64,000 bases of DNA from Thermodesulfobacteriota bacterium. Its GTDB lineage: Bacteria > Desulfobacterota > Desulfarculia > JACQYL01. The translations under genes and the position numbers were made by a program. Within the stretch, counting starts at the first letter, position 1. Every line of letters starts with the position of its first letter. A model generated the notes under the pieces. The model searched no databases. It saw only the letters and a program-made list of their open reading frames with translations, and had not been told where the DNA came from. Positions 20,986-32,938 of the stretch are shown in pieces. The stretch lies in the NCBI GenBank assembly GCA_963675595.2, contig CAXXLZ010000002.1, positions 1,440,001 to 1,504,000 of the forward strand, in the 5' to 3' direction.

Positions 20986-22190
20986 TCACGCCTCCTGCCG
21001 GGTGAATTTCTTGCATAGTTCAAGCCGGTAAGGAACCCGATCCTCGAGCCCGGCCTCCTGGAGATAAATCAAATCAAGTTGAGGCCGACGGGATTCATCT
21101 CCCGTGTCGTTCAGATGCCGTTCCAACACATCGGCCGCGTGCAGCGCGGTCAGGACACTGAAACCGCTGTCCGATGCGTCTCCCGGGTTATGATGATACG
21201 CGATCGCTTGAACAACATCGCTCCGAAGTCCCCAGATCGCGGTCAGATAGGCTCCGAGGGTTGCGTGGGTCGTATCGAAAACCCTTTGCTCGGCAGCGCC
21301 CTCCGAAAGATCGTCCGATTCGCAGACTTGATTTACCGCCTCGTACCCGCCGGGAGAATTCATAGCCAAAATCAGCTTGCCGATATCATGCAGTAATCCC
21401 GACAAGAACGCGCGATCTCCAAGCCCGGCGTCGTGCGACTCGGCCATGGCGATGGCTTTGGCCATGGAAGCGACGGCAAGACCGTGATCCCACAGCCGAT
21501 TCGCGGACAGCCCTTTAACGCGTTTCGGGTCGAATTGCTCGAATACCTGGACGGCAAGAGCCGGCGACTTGACCGTATCCAGACCGAGCAAATTGACCGC
21601 TTGGCCGGCGCTCGAAACATGAGTGTAGAGACCGAAGAAAGCCGAATTGACGAGTTGGAGTATTTTCGCCGTCATACCCAGCTCTCTTGAGATCACCTCA
21701 CCAACCTTCGAGATCGACGGATCCGTCGACTGCAGCACCTCCATGATCTCCCGGTACAGGCTGGGTAGGCAGGGCAGTGTTTGCAGTTTCGAAGCCATTT
21801 CGATCAAGCTTTCGTCGGTCGGCATGTCTCGGACCGTACAGGCTTGCCGGACGGTATTGATCAACGTATCCGGATCGCACGGTTTTGCGAGAAACTGGTG
21901 AGCGCATTTTGTGACTTTCAAGTTCAGATCCGTATTCGACTGACCCGAAAGAACGATGCGAACCACGGCGGGCCGGCGTCTCGCCACTTCCGCCAAGAGC
22001 TCCGGTCCACTCATGCCCGGCATACGCATATCGGTCACAAGCACATCGATCTCTTCCGCCCCCAGTTTTTCCAGAGCTTCGGCGCCACTTAAGGCGAACG
22101 TCATCTCCCAGCCGGGTTTTCGCGAAGAAGGTTCCGACGTAGCCCACGAATCAACTCCTTGTCGTCGTCCACAAACAGTACTTTTTTCAC
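20986..22190 (-). pseudogene. REC-HDOD response regulator with a 1-nt frameshift near 22117-22120
   Basis: GTG 22190 overlaps the upstream TGA and reads MKKVLFVDDDKELIRGLRRNLLRE; the continuation GWEMTFALSG... is in another frame; colinear with intact paralog 35785-36987; may be a sequencing error. Confidence 0.8.
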
Positions 22191-25100
22191 GCTTCCAACC
22201 TTTCCAGCCCTTTCATGTCCGACTCATAGGGCAGCCGAATTCGAAAGGTGGTTCCCACGCCGGACTCGGTTTCGCACCAGATCTTCCCTTGGTGCCGTTC
22301 GACGATCACCGCGTGCGCCAGAGAGAGGCCCTGCCCGGTGCCTTTGCCGACTTCCTTGGTCGTGAAAAACGGATCGAAAATCCGGTCTTTGATCCCTTCC
22401 GGAATGCCTCCGCCGTTGTCCGTTACGCTGATCTCACATTCCCCGCCCAGGTTCTCCGTCTTGATCCTGATGAGACCCTTGTAGCCTTTGTACTTGTTGC
22501 CCATCTCACCGATGGCCTGGGACGCATTGACGATCAGGTTGAGAATCACCTGATTCAGCTCGCCCACGTAACATGGAACCAGGGGTATGGTGACGTCGGG
22601 ATCGGTTTCCATGTCCGCGACGTATTTCCACTCGTTTCTGGACACGGTAATCGTATTGGAGATACTCGCGTTAATATCCGACAAGGTCTTTTCGTCCGTG
22701 CCCGGATGAGAAAAATTCTTCATGGCGAGAACAATGCTCGACACCCGCTTCAGCCCATCCAAGGTTTCTTCGAGACTGGACGGAACTTCCTCCATCAGGA
22801 ACTCCAAATCAATATCCCGGGCGACGTCATCCACTTGATCCAGTGCCGTTCTCATAGCCTCTCGATCGTCAAGATTGTCCCGCAGTTCTTGATACTTATC
22901 CAGCAGCAGGGTAAGCCCTGAGAACGCCTCCTGGAGGAAACTCATGTTGTGGGTGACGAATTGCGTCGGCGTGTTGATTTCATGGGCGATGCCGGCGGCC
23001 AGTTGGCCTATGGATTCCAGCTTTTGGGCCTGCGCCAGTTGACGCTCCAGTCGAATCTGGTCCGTAATGTCGTTCCCCATGATGAGGATTCCCTTGAAAA
23101 GCCCTCCCCCTCCCCCCATCTCAACCGGGGTGACCACAATACTCAGGACTCCTTGTTTCCCTTGGGGATTGGTAAAGTTCACCTGTTCATTCCGGACCGG
23201 GCCCCCGTCCCGTCCGCACCGCAACAGGTTCTTTTCCATAACGTCCAGATCCAGGGCGATCGGACACTCGGAAAAGGGTTTTCCCAACACATCCTTTTCT
23301 TCAACGCCGAAGGCCTCCTCCGCGGCCCTGTTCCATCTGAAAACAAGGTTCTCCGACGTCAACCCGATAAGAATGGATGGAATGGCGGCCAGCAACTGCT
23401 GTATTTCGGCGTGAGCTTCGCGTAGGGAGCGCTCAGCGGATTTCCTCTCCGAAATATCCTGCATCACGCCCACGATGCCGGCGGCCCGGCCGCGTCGATC
23501 TCGGTAAAGCGCTTTGTTGAGGAGAATTTCGTGTTCCTTTCCATCCCGCATACGCATTTGAGTCTCGAATATCTGAACGCCCTCTTCATGCAGCAACTTC
23601 CGGTCCCAATCCCGAAACAGGAGCCCCGTCTCTTCGGACGAAAAATCCGTGAAGTTCCGGCCGATGATGTCATTTCGCTCTTTTCCGATCATGCTTTCGA
23701 ACGCTTTGTTGCATCCCTGGAAGATCAGGTCCTTGTTCTTGTAATAGATCGGGTTGGGGATGGCGTCCATCAAAGCCTGAAGGAAGTGAAGATTTTCTTT
23801 GTTCTGGTCTTCGGCCCGTTTTCTTTCCGTCGTGTTGTTGGCGAGGATGAGAAGCTCGGAACGACCGCCCTCTGAACTGAATACCGGGTTGAGAATGACG
23901 TCGTAATATTCCGCTTCCCCCTGACGGCTGAAGACGGCGAAATCATGCAGTTGAACGGGTGTTCCTTGCTTGCGAACGTCCGATAGACAGAGCCTCAATT
24001 GTTCCCATCCGGCTCCAAGGAGGGCGTCGTCGATCCTGCGGCCGACCACTTCGCTCTCCACCAGGCCCACGGCCTTCTCAGCGGCTTTGTTCCAGCGAGT
24101 GATGCGCCCCTCGCCGTCGAGGCCGATCAGCATGGAAGGTATCGACTCGAGAAGAAGACAGATATCTCGGTGGGTTTCGTACCGATCCCTCTCGGCCTCC
24201 TTGAGCCGAGTGATGTCCCTGTACATGAGGATTCTACCCAACCACCCCCCCTCACTGTCGAAATACGGAGTCTCGGTAACCAGAAAATCCCCGCCAAGCC
24301 GTTCATCATGCATTTCGTTCGTAATACTCTGCTCGGCGGTATCCGGACGAATTTGAGGGCAATCGACACATAGGTCTTCAAATCCCTTGACGATCTCATA
24401 GCAGGGGGCTCCGACACACTCGTCCGCCGGGCGATCTATGCGCTCGGCCATGGAACGATTGATCCGCTTGATCCGAAAATCCCCGCCGATCAGGGCAATC
24501 AGGTCCGGCACGGCATCGAACGTACGTTCCCATTCGTCTTTCGCCGCCAGCAATTGTCGTTCCAGTGTTTTCGTGGAAGTCACGTCGAAGAGCACCCCAT
24601 CGACGTGATGAAATCGGCCCTCATCCGAAAAGACCGGAGCGCCCCGATCCTGCACCCAAACAACTTCACCGTCTCTTCGCCGAATTCGGTATTCAACGAT
24701 GAATCCCTGCCTGCCGAGAATCGCTTGGCCGAACACCCGCTTGACCATATCGACGTCTTCTTCCACCATCGCCTGACGCCACCGCATTCCTCCACTGCTG
24801 AGTTCTTCGGCCGTATACCCGGTGAGAGGCTCGATCTTGGAGTCGAGAAATTGGAGTTCGCCGTTGGCGCCGCGCGTGTACACCACTCCCGGCAGGTTGG
24901 CCACCAAATTGCGATAGGTCTCTTCCTTCAGTCTCAGCTCGGCTTCTCGGGTGCGCAGGTCATCAACCGTGCTCAACAGCTGGATGGTACGATTGGAGAG
25001 TTGCTCCTCCAACAGGTGCGTTCTCTCTCGGCTTTCGAGTTCAAGTTCTCGACGTCTTAAGCCGTTGGCCACGGCGATGGAGAGCTCCGTCCTGGAAAAC

Positions 25101-25408
25101 GGCTTTGTCAGGTATCCATAGGCACCGAGATCCAGCACCCGCGCGGTGATATCTTCGTCCTGAACCCCGCTGGCCATGACCACCGCGATATCCGGCGCCT
25201 TTCCCCCTATTTCCTCCAACAGTTCCATTCCGGAACCGCCGGGCATCCTTATGTCCATGAGGACCAATTCCGGAACATCGGCCGCAATCTTTTCCCGTGC
25301 TTCCGCAACGCTTGCGGCGCCGTCGCAGGTATGCCCCTGTTGGTTGAGCTGTGCCCGCATCCTCTTCCGGATGAGTTCCTCATCGTCCACGATCAATATC
25401 TTGGCCAT
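22187..25408 (-). CDS. REC-5xPAS histidine kinase (NtrB-like H-box)
   Basis: MAKILIVDDE receiver; PAS repeats; QLAAGIAHEINTPTQF; FFTTKEVGKGTGQGL. Confidence 0.92.
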   Translation of the reverse strand: MAKILIVDDEELIRKRMRAQLNQQGHTCDGAASVAEAREKIAADVPELVLMDIRMPGGSGMELLEEIGGKAPDIAVVMASGVQDEDITARVLDLGAYGYLTKPFSRTELSIAVANGLRRRELELESRERTHLLEEQLSNRTIQLLSTVDDLRTREAELRLKEETYRNLVANLPGVVYTRGANGELQFLDSKIEPLTGYTAEELSSGGMRWRQAMVEEDVDMVKRVFGQAILGRQGFIVEYRIRRRDGEVVWVQDRGAPVFSDEGRFHHVDGVLFDVTSTKTLERQLLAAKDEWERTFDAVPDLIALIGGDFRIKRINRSMAERIDRPADECVGAPCYEIVKGFEDLCVDCPQIRPDTAEQSITNEMHDERLGGDFLVTETPYFDSEGGWLGRILMYRDITRLKEAERDRYETHRDICLLLESIPSMLIGLDGEGRITRWNKAAEKAVGLVESEVVGRRIDDALLGAGWEQLRLCLSDVRKQGTPVQLHDFAVFSRQGEAEYYDVILNPVFSSEGGRSELLILANNTTERKRAEDQNKENLHFLQALMDAIPNPIYYKNKDLIFQGCNKAFESMIGKERNDIIGRNFTDFSSEETGLLFRDWDRKLLHEEGVQIFETQMRMRDGKEHEILLNKALYRDRRGRAAGIVGVMQDISERKSAERSLREAHAEIQQLLAAIPSILIGLTSENLVFRWNRAAEEAFGVEEKDVLGKPFSECPIALDLDVMEKNLLRCGRDGGPVRNEQVNFTNPQGKQGVLSIVVTPVEMGGGGGLFKGILIMGNDITDQIRLERQLAQAQKLESIGQLAAGIAHEINTPTQFVTHNMSFLQEAFSGLTLLLDKYQELRDNLDDREAMRTALDQVDDVARDIDLEFLMEEVPSSLEETLDGLKRVSSIVLAMKNFSHPGTDEKTLSDINASISNTITVSRNEWKYVADMETDPDVTIPLVPCYVGELNQVILNLIVNASQAIGEMGNKYKGYKGLIRIKTENLGGECEISVTDNGGGIPEGIKDRIFDPFFTTKEVGKGTGQGLSLAHAVIVERHQGKIWCETESGVGTTFRIRLPYESDMKGLERLEA

Positions 25409-25525
25409 GCCGGCGCCTCGCCTTCTCTCCATCAAGCCGATCGATGTCTGAAATGCCGTCTCCTCTAAAGGACGCATCCACGACCCGGGCCTCTGTTGCA
25501 TTGACATACTGATTCGGTTACCCGA

Positions 25526-28500
25526 TCAGGCCTCGCTAGAGTGCTTCCCGCGGAGCCTCGATTCTTCCCCCTCCCCGTCACTCAACAGGAGGTCGATCTT
25601 TTCCGCGAGTCTGCGAACATTGAAAGGTTTCTGCAGAAAAGGCATGCCCGGCTCTCGAACGATATGCTCGGCAACGGCCTCATCCGTGTATCCCGACATG
25701 TAGATCACCTTCAGATCGGGTAGAATTCTCATGAGTCGGTCCACGAGGACCTTTCCACTCATTCCCGGCATGACCACGTCTGTGATGATCAGGTCCGGAT
25801 GCAAACCTTTTTCCTCGACCAACAGCAACGCCTCCCCTGCATTGGCCGCAGTGGTCGCTCGGTACTTCATGCTCGTAAGGGTCCGCCCAATCAGTTTTCG
25901 AAGCGACGCCTCATCTTCGACCACCAAAATGCTCGCCTCCCCGCGCATGGTTCTCGGTATCACGCTCGCCCCCGGCTTTTTCTCTGAAACATCGCAAGCC
26001 TGCGGCAAGTAGATTGCAAACGAAGAACCTTGGCCGGGTCGGCTGGTAACCCTTATGCCGCCGCCGGACTGCTTCACGATTCCATACACGGTCGAGAGGC
26101 CCAGCCCGGTTCCTTTCCCCGCCTCTTTGGTGGTAAAGAACGGCTCGAACAATTTCTTCTTCGTTTCCTCATCCATGCCGGCCCCCGTGTCGCTGACGGT
26201 CATCAAGACATAGGCTCCCGGAACGACTTCGAGATATTTTTCCGCATAGGCCTCGTCCAATTCGACCAGTGCGGTCTCAATGGTCAACGTTCCGCCTTGC
26301 GGCATGGCATCCCGGGCGTTCACCGCCAGGTTCATGATCACTTGTTCGATCTGGCCGGCATCAACCTCCACCGGGCTCAGTTCTTCATCCAGTTCGGTAA
26401 CCAGTTCGACATCCTCACCAATGAGCCGTTGAAGCATCTTCTCCAGATTCCGCACGATGTCGTTGAGATTCAGTACTTCGGGACGGAGAGTCTGTTTGCG
26501 GCTGAATGCCAGAAGCTGTCTGGTCAAGGAGGCCGATCGGTTTCCGGCTTCGACGATCGCGGTCGCGCATTCCTTCAGCGGGTCGGAGTCGTGGAGACTG
26601 TTAATGAGCTCCTCGCCGTATCCAATGATCACACTGAGCATATTGTTGAAGTCATGCGCCACACCTCCCGCGAGCCGACCAATGGATTCGAGCTTCTGAG
26701 TCTGACGCATCTGCTCCTCGATCTCGGATTTTTCCCTCGTAATCTTAAGATGTTCGGTCACGTCGTTCTTGACGGCCACATAGTTGATGATGGTTCCCGA
26801 AGCGTCTCTGACCGGAGAGATGGTGCTGTCCTCGGTGAACAGAGATCCGTCTTTGCGTCGGTTGACCATGCGCCCGCGCCAAGTCTCGCCGCAAGATATG
26901 GTGGCCCACAAATCTTGATAGAAAGCCTCGTCCTGTGTTCCGCTTCCGAGCAAACGTGTATTCTTCCCTTGAATCTCATCACGTGAGTACCCGGTGATGC
27001 GTTCGAAGACGGGATTGACGTATTCAATGTCCCCTTTCCGGTCCGTGACCACAACCATCTCCCCTGCTTGGTCGATGGCCGCCGCCAAGCGCGCTCTTTG
27101 GGCTTCGATCCGCTTGTTCTCGGCGGTCACCCAACAGACGTCGGCCAGGTACGAAACAACCTCACAATCCTCCTCGGTGTAGTCACTCCCTTTGTTTCCA
27201 ACGCCGAGAACGGCAACGATACGATCGCCGCGCACAACCGGCACCACCAGTTCGCGCACCACGCGGGCATGTCCTTCGGGAAGGCCTTTCCGTTGCGGAA
27301 GAGAGAAGTAGTCATTGTGAATGACCGGCCGTCGCAGACGAATGCAATCCGCCCACACGCCGGCATCATCAAGGCTGTAATGAATCTCCTTTCCTTCCGC
27401 GGTGCAGAACTCTTCCAAGGTTCGGCTGGACCACGCCTGAAGAGACAGTGTTTTCTGATCCGCCTCGACGAAGTGACAAAAGCCGATGGCGCTGTGGCTC
27501 ATCTCACAAACAATGTCCAAAGCATATTGCAGAAATTCCTCCGTGCCGCGTAATTCGGCAAATTCGAGCATTTGCATTCGGGCGCGAAGCAGGTTCTCCA
27601 CTTTCCTACGGTCCGTGACGTCCTGCACCATGCCGACGGATCGAACGACCTTGCCCGACGCATCGTACTCATGAAAACATTTCTCATGAACGTATCGGAC
27701 CTCTCTGGTCGTCTTCCCGATGATGCGATACTCAATCTCGAATCCTTCTTCTCCGCCGCTTACGGACTCGAGATAACCTTCATCCACAGCCGAACGGTCA
27801 TCCGGGTGAATACATTCAATGAACGCCTCCCGGGTTCCGTCGAACTCCTCGGGCCGCAGACCGAAAATGGCGTAGACTTGGTCGCACCAGGTCAATCGAT
27901 TGGAAACCAAGTCCAACTCCCAAGCGCCCAGATGCGCCATCTCCTGGGCGTTGCGCAGCATGGCCTCGACCTTCCGCGCCTGGCATTCCACCGATTTTCT
28001 CTGGCTGACGTCCTGGAATGTGCCTCGCATACCCGTGCAAGAACCGTTCTCATAAACGGGTTCTCCATGGACTCGACACCAGAGGGTCTTCTTTCCGGCG
28101 GTTCGGACCTGCAGCTCCAAGTCAAACGGAACGCCCTCGTCACGGGCTAAATCGTAAGCTTTCTTCAGTGTGAGCCGGTCTTGGGCGGGATAGTAGGCGT
28201 AGTGCTCACGCACACCAGGCGGTTCCTCGTCATAAGGAATCCCCATGATCTCATGGAGTGCTTTGGTCCACACCGCCTTGCCCGTCGCAAAGTCATGCTT
28301 CCATCCCCCGACTTTGGCCATTCGGCCCGTATCGTCCAGCATCCGCTGACGTTCACGCAGCGAAGCCTCCGCGTGCATCAAGTCCGTAATATCCAAGAAG
28401 ACGGCGATGCCGGCGACGACATTGCCTTGGTCGTCACGGAGAGGCGCGGCGCTTACCGACAGCCATTGATCCTTCCCGTCCCGTGGAAGGATCAGCTCAC

Positions 28501-29488
28501 GATTGCTCGTGGTGACCCCTTCCCGCACGGCCCGGGTCAAAGGAAGGTCTTCAAGTCGATATGCGGTACCGTCCTGATGAACAGCCGGCCAGTAGGTGCA
28601 ATGATCATCAAGCGCTATGCTTCCCATATCTCGGGGTTTCACCGCCATTGTGTCCACCAGCGCCCGGTTGTATCTTGATATCCTGCCCTCCGGTGCATCG
28701 GTGACAACAACGGGCACGGGCATCTGTTCGATGGCGAAGGTCAACAGCCTCTCGCTCTGCGCCAAGGATTTTTCGGCCGCCCTGCGTTCCGTGATATCAC
28801 GCAGCGTCACGACTCTCGCGGCTTCACCGTTCCAGACCGTCTCCCCGACGCGCATCTCCAACGCGGCTTTCGTTCCGTCGGCCCGCGACGCCTCGAACTC
28901 TTGCGAGCATTCGCCCGAAGGAATCACGGCGAACGTTCTTCCCTCTGCGGCGCCTTCACCGAAGAGCCTGCGTGCCGCGTTGTTGGCGAACTTGACCGTG
29001 TCGTCCTGACCCAGCACAATGATGGCGTCTTGAGTATCCGACAGCATGCGTTTCAGGTTTTCTTGAACTTCGGCCAAAGCCTTCTGAGCGGCCGCCCTGG
29101 CCACCGTGTTGTGAACGGCTTGCGCAATGAAACCCTCGACTTTGCCTTTGATCAGGTAATCATGAGCGCCGTGTTCGATACATTTTTCCGCCACCGTAAG
29201 GTCATTCTGACCCGTCAATACAATCAACGGCGTCTCCGGGGCGGCCTGATGCATTCTTTCGAAAGTGGCGAACCCAAGGCTGTCCGGGAGACCGAGGTCG
29301 AGCACGATGACATCCGGGGCCGTCTTGTTCAGAGTCTCAATCGCATCCGCCAGCGTTGCGCACACGTCAATGGACAGGGCTCGTCTCTCGTCCTCTTCGG
29401 CTCTTTCCCGGATGAGATCCGCGTCACCCGGATTATCCTCCACAAGGAGAACGCGCAGCGCCTTAATGCCGTAGTTCTCAGCGGTCAT
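25526..29488 (-). CDS. REC-multiPAS-GAF-PAS hybrid histidine kinase with C-terminal REC
   Basis: VLLVEDNPGD receiver; PAS/PAC; GAF (IGFCHFV...VRELVVP); [12 protein letters not shown]; HATPase; REC; start MTAENY behind AGGAGG. Confidence 0.92.
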   Translation of the reverse strand: MTAENYGIKALRVLLVEDNPGDADLIRERAEEDERRALSIDVCATLADAIETLNKTAPDVIVLDLGLPDSLGFATFERMHQAAPETPLIVLTGQNDLTVAEKCIEHGAHDYLIKGKVEGFIAQAVHNTVARAAAQKALAEVQENLKRMLSDTQDAIIVLGQDDTVKFANNAARRLFGEGAAEGRTFAVIPSGECSQEFEASRADGTKAALEMRVGETVWNGEAARVVTLRDITERRAAEKSLAQSERLLTFAIEQMPVPVVVTDAPEGRISRYNRALVDTMAVKPRDMGSIALDDHCTYWPAVHQDGTAYRLEDLPLTRAVREGVTTSNRELILPRDGKDQWLSVSAAPLRDDQGNVVAGIAVFLDITDLMHAEASLRERQRMLDDTGRMAKVGGWKHDFATGKAVWTKALHEIMGIPYDEEPPGVREHYAYYPAQDRLTLKKAYDLARDEGVPFDLELQVRTAGKKTLWCRVHGEPVYENGSCTGMRGTFQDVSQRKSVECQARKVEAMLRNAQEMAHLGAWELDLVSNRLTWCDQVYAIFGLRPEEFDGTREAFIECIHPDDRSAVDEGYLESVSGGEEGFEIEYRIIGKTTREVRYVHEKCFHEYDASGKVVRSVGMVQDVTDRRKVENLLRARMQMLEFAELRGTEEFLQYALDIVCEMSHSAIGFCHFVEADQKTLSLQAWSSRTLEEFCTAEGKEIHYSLDDAGVWADCIRLRRPVIHNDYFSLPQRKGLPEGHARVVRELVVPVVRGDRIVAVLGVGNKGSDYTEEDCEVVSYLADVCWVTAENKRIEAQRARLAAAIDQAGEMVVVTDRKGDIEYVNPVFERITGYSRDEIQGKNTRLLGSGTQDEAFYQDLWATISCGETWRGRMVNRRKDGSLFTEDSTISPVRDASGTIINYVAVKNDVTEHLKITREKSEIEEQMRQTQKLESIGRLAGGVAHDFNNMLSVIIGYGEELINSLHDSDPLKECATAIVEAGNRSASLTRQLLAFSRKQTLRPEVLNLNDIVRNLEKMLQRLIGEDVELVTELDEELSPVEVDAGQIEQVIMNLAVNARDAMPQGGTLTIETALVELDEAYAEKYLEVVPGAYVLMTVSDTGAGMDEETKKKLFEPFFTTKEAGKGTGLGLSTVYGIVKQSGGGIRVTSRPGQGSSFAIYLPQACDVSEKKPGASVIPRTMRGEASILVVEDEASLRKLIGRTLTSMKYRATTAANAGEALLLVEEKGLHPDLIITDVVMPGMSGKVLVDRLMRILPDLKVIYMSGYTDEAVAEHIVREPGMPFLQKPFNVRRLAEKIDLLLSDGEGEESRLRGKHSSEA

Positions 29489-29671
29489 GAACCGCCTCCT
29501 CATGCATGCCGGTCAAGTGAGCCTCGCCTCCGCGACGGGCCCCTGCCGAAAATGCCGATACGCCTCTTCCCAATCCCCGGCAGAGGCGACGTTCCTTCAT
29601 CGAAAACCCTCATCAGTCGGCTCGCGCGCCATACGCGCACGATCCGTTCGCCCTTCGCGGTCTTCCCTCGC

Positions 29672-30121
29672 TCAGTCTTTTTCCGCATCCGGCTTTGGTG
29701 GAAATCGGACGACTGAAAACCAGAAATCCTCCAAGGCCTTTACGATCTTTCCGAATCCCTTAAGATCCAACGGCTTGGTCACGTACGCGCTGGCCTGCAG
29801 ATCGTAGGATTTCAGCACATCCTCCTCCGCCTCGGAAGAAGTCAGCACCACAACGGGAATCAGCCGGAGAGATTTGTCGGCTTTCATTTCGGCCAGCAAT
29901 TCCCTGCCGTCCTTACGAGGCAAATTCAGGTCCAGCAAAACCAGATCGGGACGAGGCGCCTTTTCGTGCGGTCCTTCCCCACGCAGGAACTCCATGGCGT
30001 CCACGCCGTCAAAGGCCACGTGCAACGTATGAAGAATCTTGCAGGTTTCGAGGTTCTCCCTGGTCAGATCCACATCCGCGGGATTATCTTCCACCAGGAG
30101 AATATTGATTCTCTCAGCCAT
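29672..30121 (-). CDS. single-domain response regulator, Rcp1-like
   Basis: [36 protein letters not shown]-terminal DFWFSVV typical of Rcp1-type receivers. Confidence 0.92.
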   Translation of the reverse strand: MAERINILLVEDNPADVDLTRENLETCKILHTLHVAFDGVDAMEFLRGEGPHEKAPRPDLVLLDLNLPRKDGRELLAEMKADKSLRLIPVVVLTSSEAEEDVLKSYDLQASAYVTKPLDLKGFGKIVKALEDFWFSVVRFPPKPDAEKD

Positions 30122-32084
30122 CTTCGGCTCCTTCCCCGCTTCCTACAGCGGGTATGGTGAACAGGAAACGAGTGCCGCGGCCGGCGGCGGATTCGACTCG
30201 GACCTTGCCTCCGTGCCTCTCCACAATCTTCTTCACAATGGTAAGGCCGATCCCCGTGCCGGGGTATTTGCCTCTTTCGTGAAGCCGCTGAAAAATGATG
30301 AAAACACGCTCCTGAAAATGCGGATCAATGCCGATGCCATTGTCCGCAACACAGAACTCCCAGTCGGGCCCGGCTCGGCGCGCGCTGATTTCCACGCGCG
30401 GGACGTCGTCGCTCCGGAACTTCACGGCATTGGAGATCAGATTCTGAAACACCTGTCCGAGTTGCGTACGATCGGCCGGCACTCGAGGCAGTTCCCCCAC
30501 CGTGACTTCCGCCTCGGCTTCCTCGATCACCTTGCCGAGACTCCGGATCACTTCCCGTACCAGGACTCCGCAGTCCACCACTTTGAAGGCTTTTCCGCGG
30601 GTTCCCACGCGTGAAAACGCAAGCAGGTCATTGATCAGCCCCTGCATGCGTCTGGCACCATCCACCGCATAGCCGATATACTTATCCGCTTTTTCATCCA
30701 GCTTTCCCTCATAACGCTCTGCCAGGAGTTGCGTATAACTCGCCACCATGCGCAATGGTTCCTGGAGGTCGTGCGAGGCCACATACGCGAACTGTTCCAG
30801 TTCCTTGTTGGATCGCTCCAAGGCCACGGCATTGATCCGGAGCCTATCTTCAGCTTGCTTCCTTAGATATTCGATCTGTTCCCGTAGAAGCCGCCCGTGA
30901 AGCACGGGCGCAATCATATGGGTCAGAGTGCCGGTCAGTTTCAGATCCCATTCGTCGTAGTCCGTCTCTTTGTTGGCAACGTGAAGCAGTCCGATGACCT
31001 CCTCCCCATGAATGATCGGCGCGGCAATGTTGCGATTAACGGGGATATGGCCCTCAGGCGTGAGGCTCGACCGTTCATTGGAATATAGAATCCGCTTTTG
31101 ACGGATGGCCCTGGGCCAGATGCTTGCGCCCCATTGGTCTCTTGGAAAGACCAACGCCTTCTCGGGGACTCGACACTGATCCCAAATATGGTACGTCATA
31201 GTGGGCACCACCAAAGCTCCGGCTTCGTCGATGTAGCCGAACACGCCGTACTTGCTTTTCAGGGCTTCCAGCACGACTTCCAGGATCCCGGAGTACATCT
31301 CCTCGCCCTGTGCCGAGAGAAAGACCCCGGCGATTCGGTTCCGTATTTCGAGCTCGTGCTTTGTTTCTCGGAGCGCCCGCTCATCCGCTCTCGCAGCGGT
31401 AACATCCCGGATGAAGACGACCAGCATTTCGTAGGGAGCGGCCAGATACTGGGCGCTGACCTCCACATCGATCAAACGACCGTCCTTGCACCGGTGTCTG
31501 CTATCGAACCGGTCTTTTCCCTTTCGGAGTACCTGATCAATGTGACGGGAAGTCTCGTCTACGGTTTCAGAGACCTGGAGATCCGAGATGGCCATGTTGA
31601 GGAGTTCATCTCTGGAATAGCCCGTCATCCCGCAGTAGTTCTCATTCACTTCCAGGAGACGCGCGCTCTTAACGTCCACAGTCCAAAAGCCGTCCTGGGT
31701 GGTCTGGATGATGGAGCGATATCGTTCGTTCCTGCGTTTCTGCTCCGTGATGTCGGCGGCCAGCTCGAAGCGGACCCATCGGCCGTCCACCCACCGAATC
31801 GCCTTGTCCGAGCAGCGATACCAGCGCTTGGTGATCTCGTTTTGGAATTCCCAGACATAGGATTCACCCAGGTGTTCACCGAATATTTTGTCGTTCGTGC
31901 AAAAAGGGCACGGTTCCTTTCTCCCCTGAAGAACCTCGTAGCACTCCCTGCCGATCACAACGTCGCCCCAGGATTTCCGGAAAGCGGCATTCACGTGCAG
32001 CAGCTCGTAGGTCTTCGGGTCCGCCACATAAATCACGTCTTCGATACCGTCGAAAACCGCTCTCAGAGTCTCGTGTTCCATCAC
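30114..32084 (-). CDS. PAS-PAS-GAF histidine kinase with Cph1-type kinase core
   Basis: [51 protein letters not shown]. Confidence 0.92.
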   Translation of the reverse strand: MMEHETLRAVFDGIEDVIYVADPKTYELLHVNAAFRKSWGDVVIGRECYEVLQGRKEPCPFCTNDKIFGEHLGESYVWEFQNEITKRWYRCSDKAIRWVDGRWVRFELAADITEQKRRNERYRSIIQTTQDGFWTVDVKSARLLEVNENYCGMTGYSRDELLNMAISDLQVSETVDETSRHIDQVLRKGKDRFDSRHRCKDGRLIDVEVSAQYLAAPYEMLVVFIRDVTAARADERALRETKHELEIRNRIAGVFLSAQGEEMYSGILEVVLEALKSKYGVFGYIDEAGALVVPTMTYHIWDQCRVPEKALVFPRDQWGASIWPRAIRQKRILYSNERSSLTPEGHIPVNRNIAAPIIHGEEVIGLLHVANKETDYDEWDLKLTGTLTHMIAPVLHGRLLREQIEYLRKQAEDRLRINAVALERSNKELEQFAYVASHDLQEPLRMVASYTQLLAERYEGKLDEKADKYIGYAVDGARRMQGLINDLLAFSRVGTRGKAFKVVDCGVLVREVIRSLGKVIEEAEAEVTVGELPRVPADRTQLGQVFQNLISNAVKFRSDDVPRVEISARRAGPDWEFCVADNGIGIDPHFQERVFIIFQRLHERGKYPGTGIGLTIVKKIVERHGGKVRVESAAGRGTRFLFTIPAVGSGEGAEDG

Positions 32085-32938
32085 TTACGCCACCTCGCTC
32101 TTGTGCTCGAGAGTGTTTGCTTCCGGGAACCCGGCATCTGCCCATCGGGTCGATTCCAAATATCGAAAACACGGCGTCGCCGTTGTTGACCGGGATCGCT
32201 CCGGCGACGTGCGCTCAAAGCTATATGGCGGAGTTTCGTGCCGTATCCGTTTGTTATGCAATAATCGGGCCGGCGCTCCACGCCCGCGCACAAAGGTACC
32301 CGCAATTCAAAGGCCCGGAGACAATCCTGAAGACTCAATGGAATGGAGGATGTTTATGGAAAGGACGGGGAGTTGAGGGATACAAGCGAAGCAACAAGGA
32401 AGAAGATCCGCACAGAATGCACGCTGCAAGCCGGAAGGAATTCGGGATGATCCATCAACGGCATCATTTGGGCGATGTTGGAAATATGGACGGAAGGCCC
32501 TTGAGCCTACGCAAATGCCGACGCCTTCCATTCGCCGGCCGAAATCCATGGCAAGGACCTCCTGAAGTGAAGTCTGCGTGTCCGGTTTCCGTCGGATCGG
32601 AACCGGCCTGTCAAAACGGCCGTGAACCAAGACACAACCATTTGAAATAACATAATAAATCTGCGTTTCCTCGAAATCGAACATGTCTGATATAATGGAC
32701 GCTACCCTTCGCTGAGCCGCCCGTTCCGGAAGACGATCGGCACATTTGCGGCAAACGGAGCGCCCGGAGCCGGGTCGCAAACGTCGGAAGGATCGGCGGC
32801 GGGAACATGACCTATGGTGTACGACAAGCGGTTCCCGCCTTCATCGTGGCTTCCAATAAAAGAAAGCCCACACACGGTGGACTTATCGAGAAAGATCAGT
32901 GGATTTGCGCTTAACTTGGAAACCGGCCCACAACCGAA

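Noticed and set aside
22110-22125. programmed ribosomal frameshift in the HDOD gene
   Set aside because: no canonical slippery heptamer or stimulator seen and the paralog is continuous; mutation or error is simpler
30114-32084. bacteriophytochrome
   Set aside because: kinase core is Cph1-like but the PAS-GAF-PHY photosensory motifs are absent
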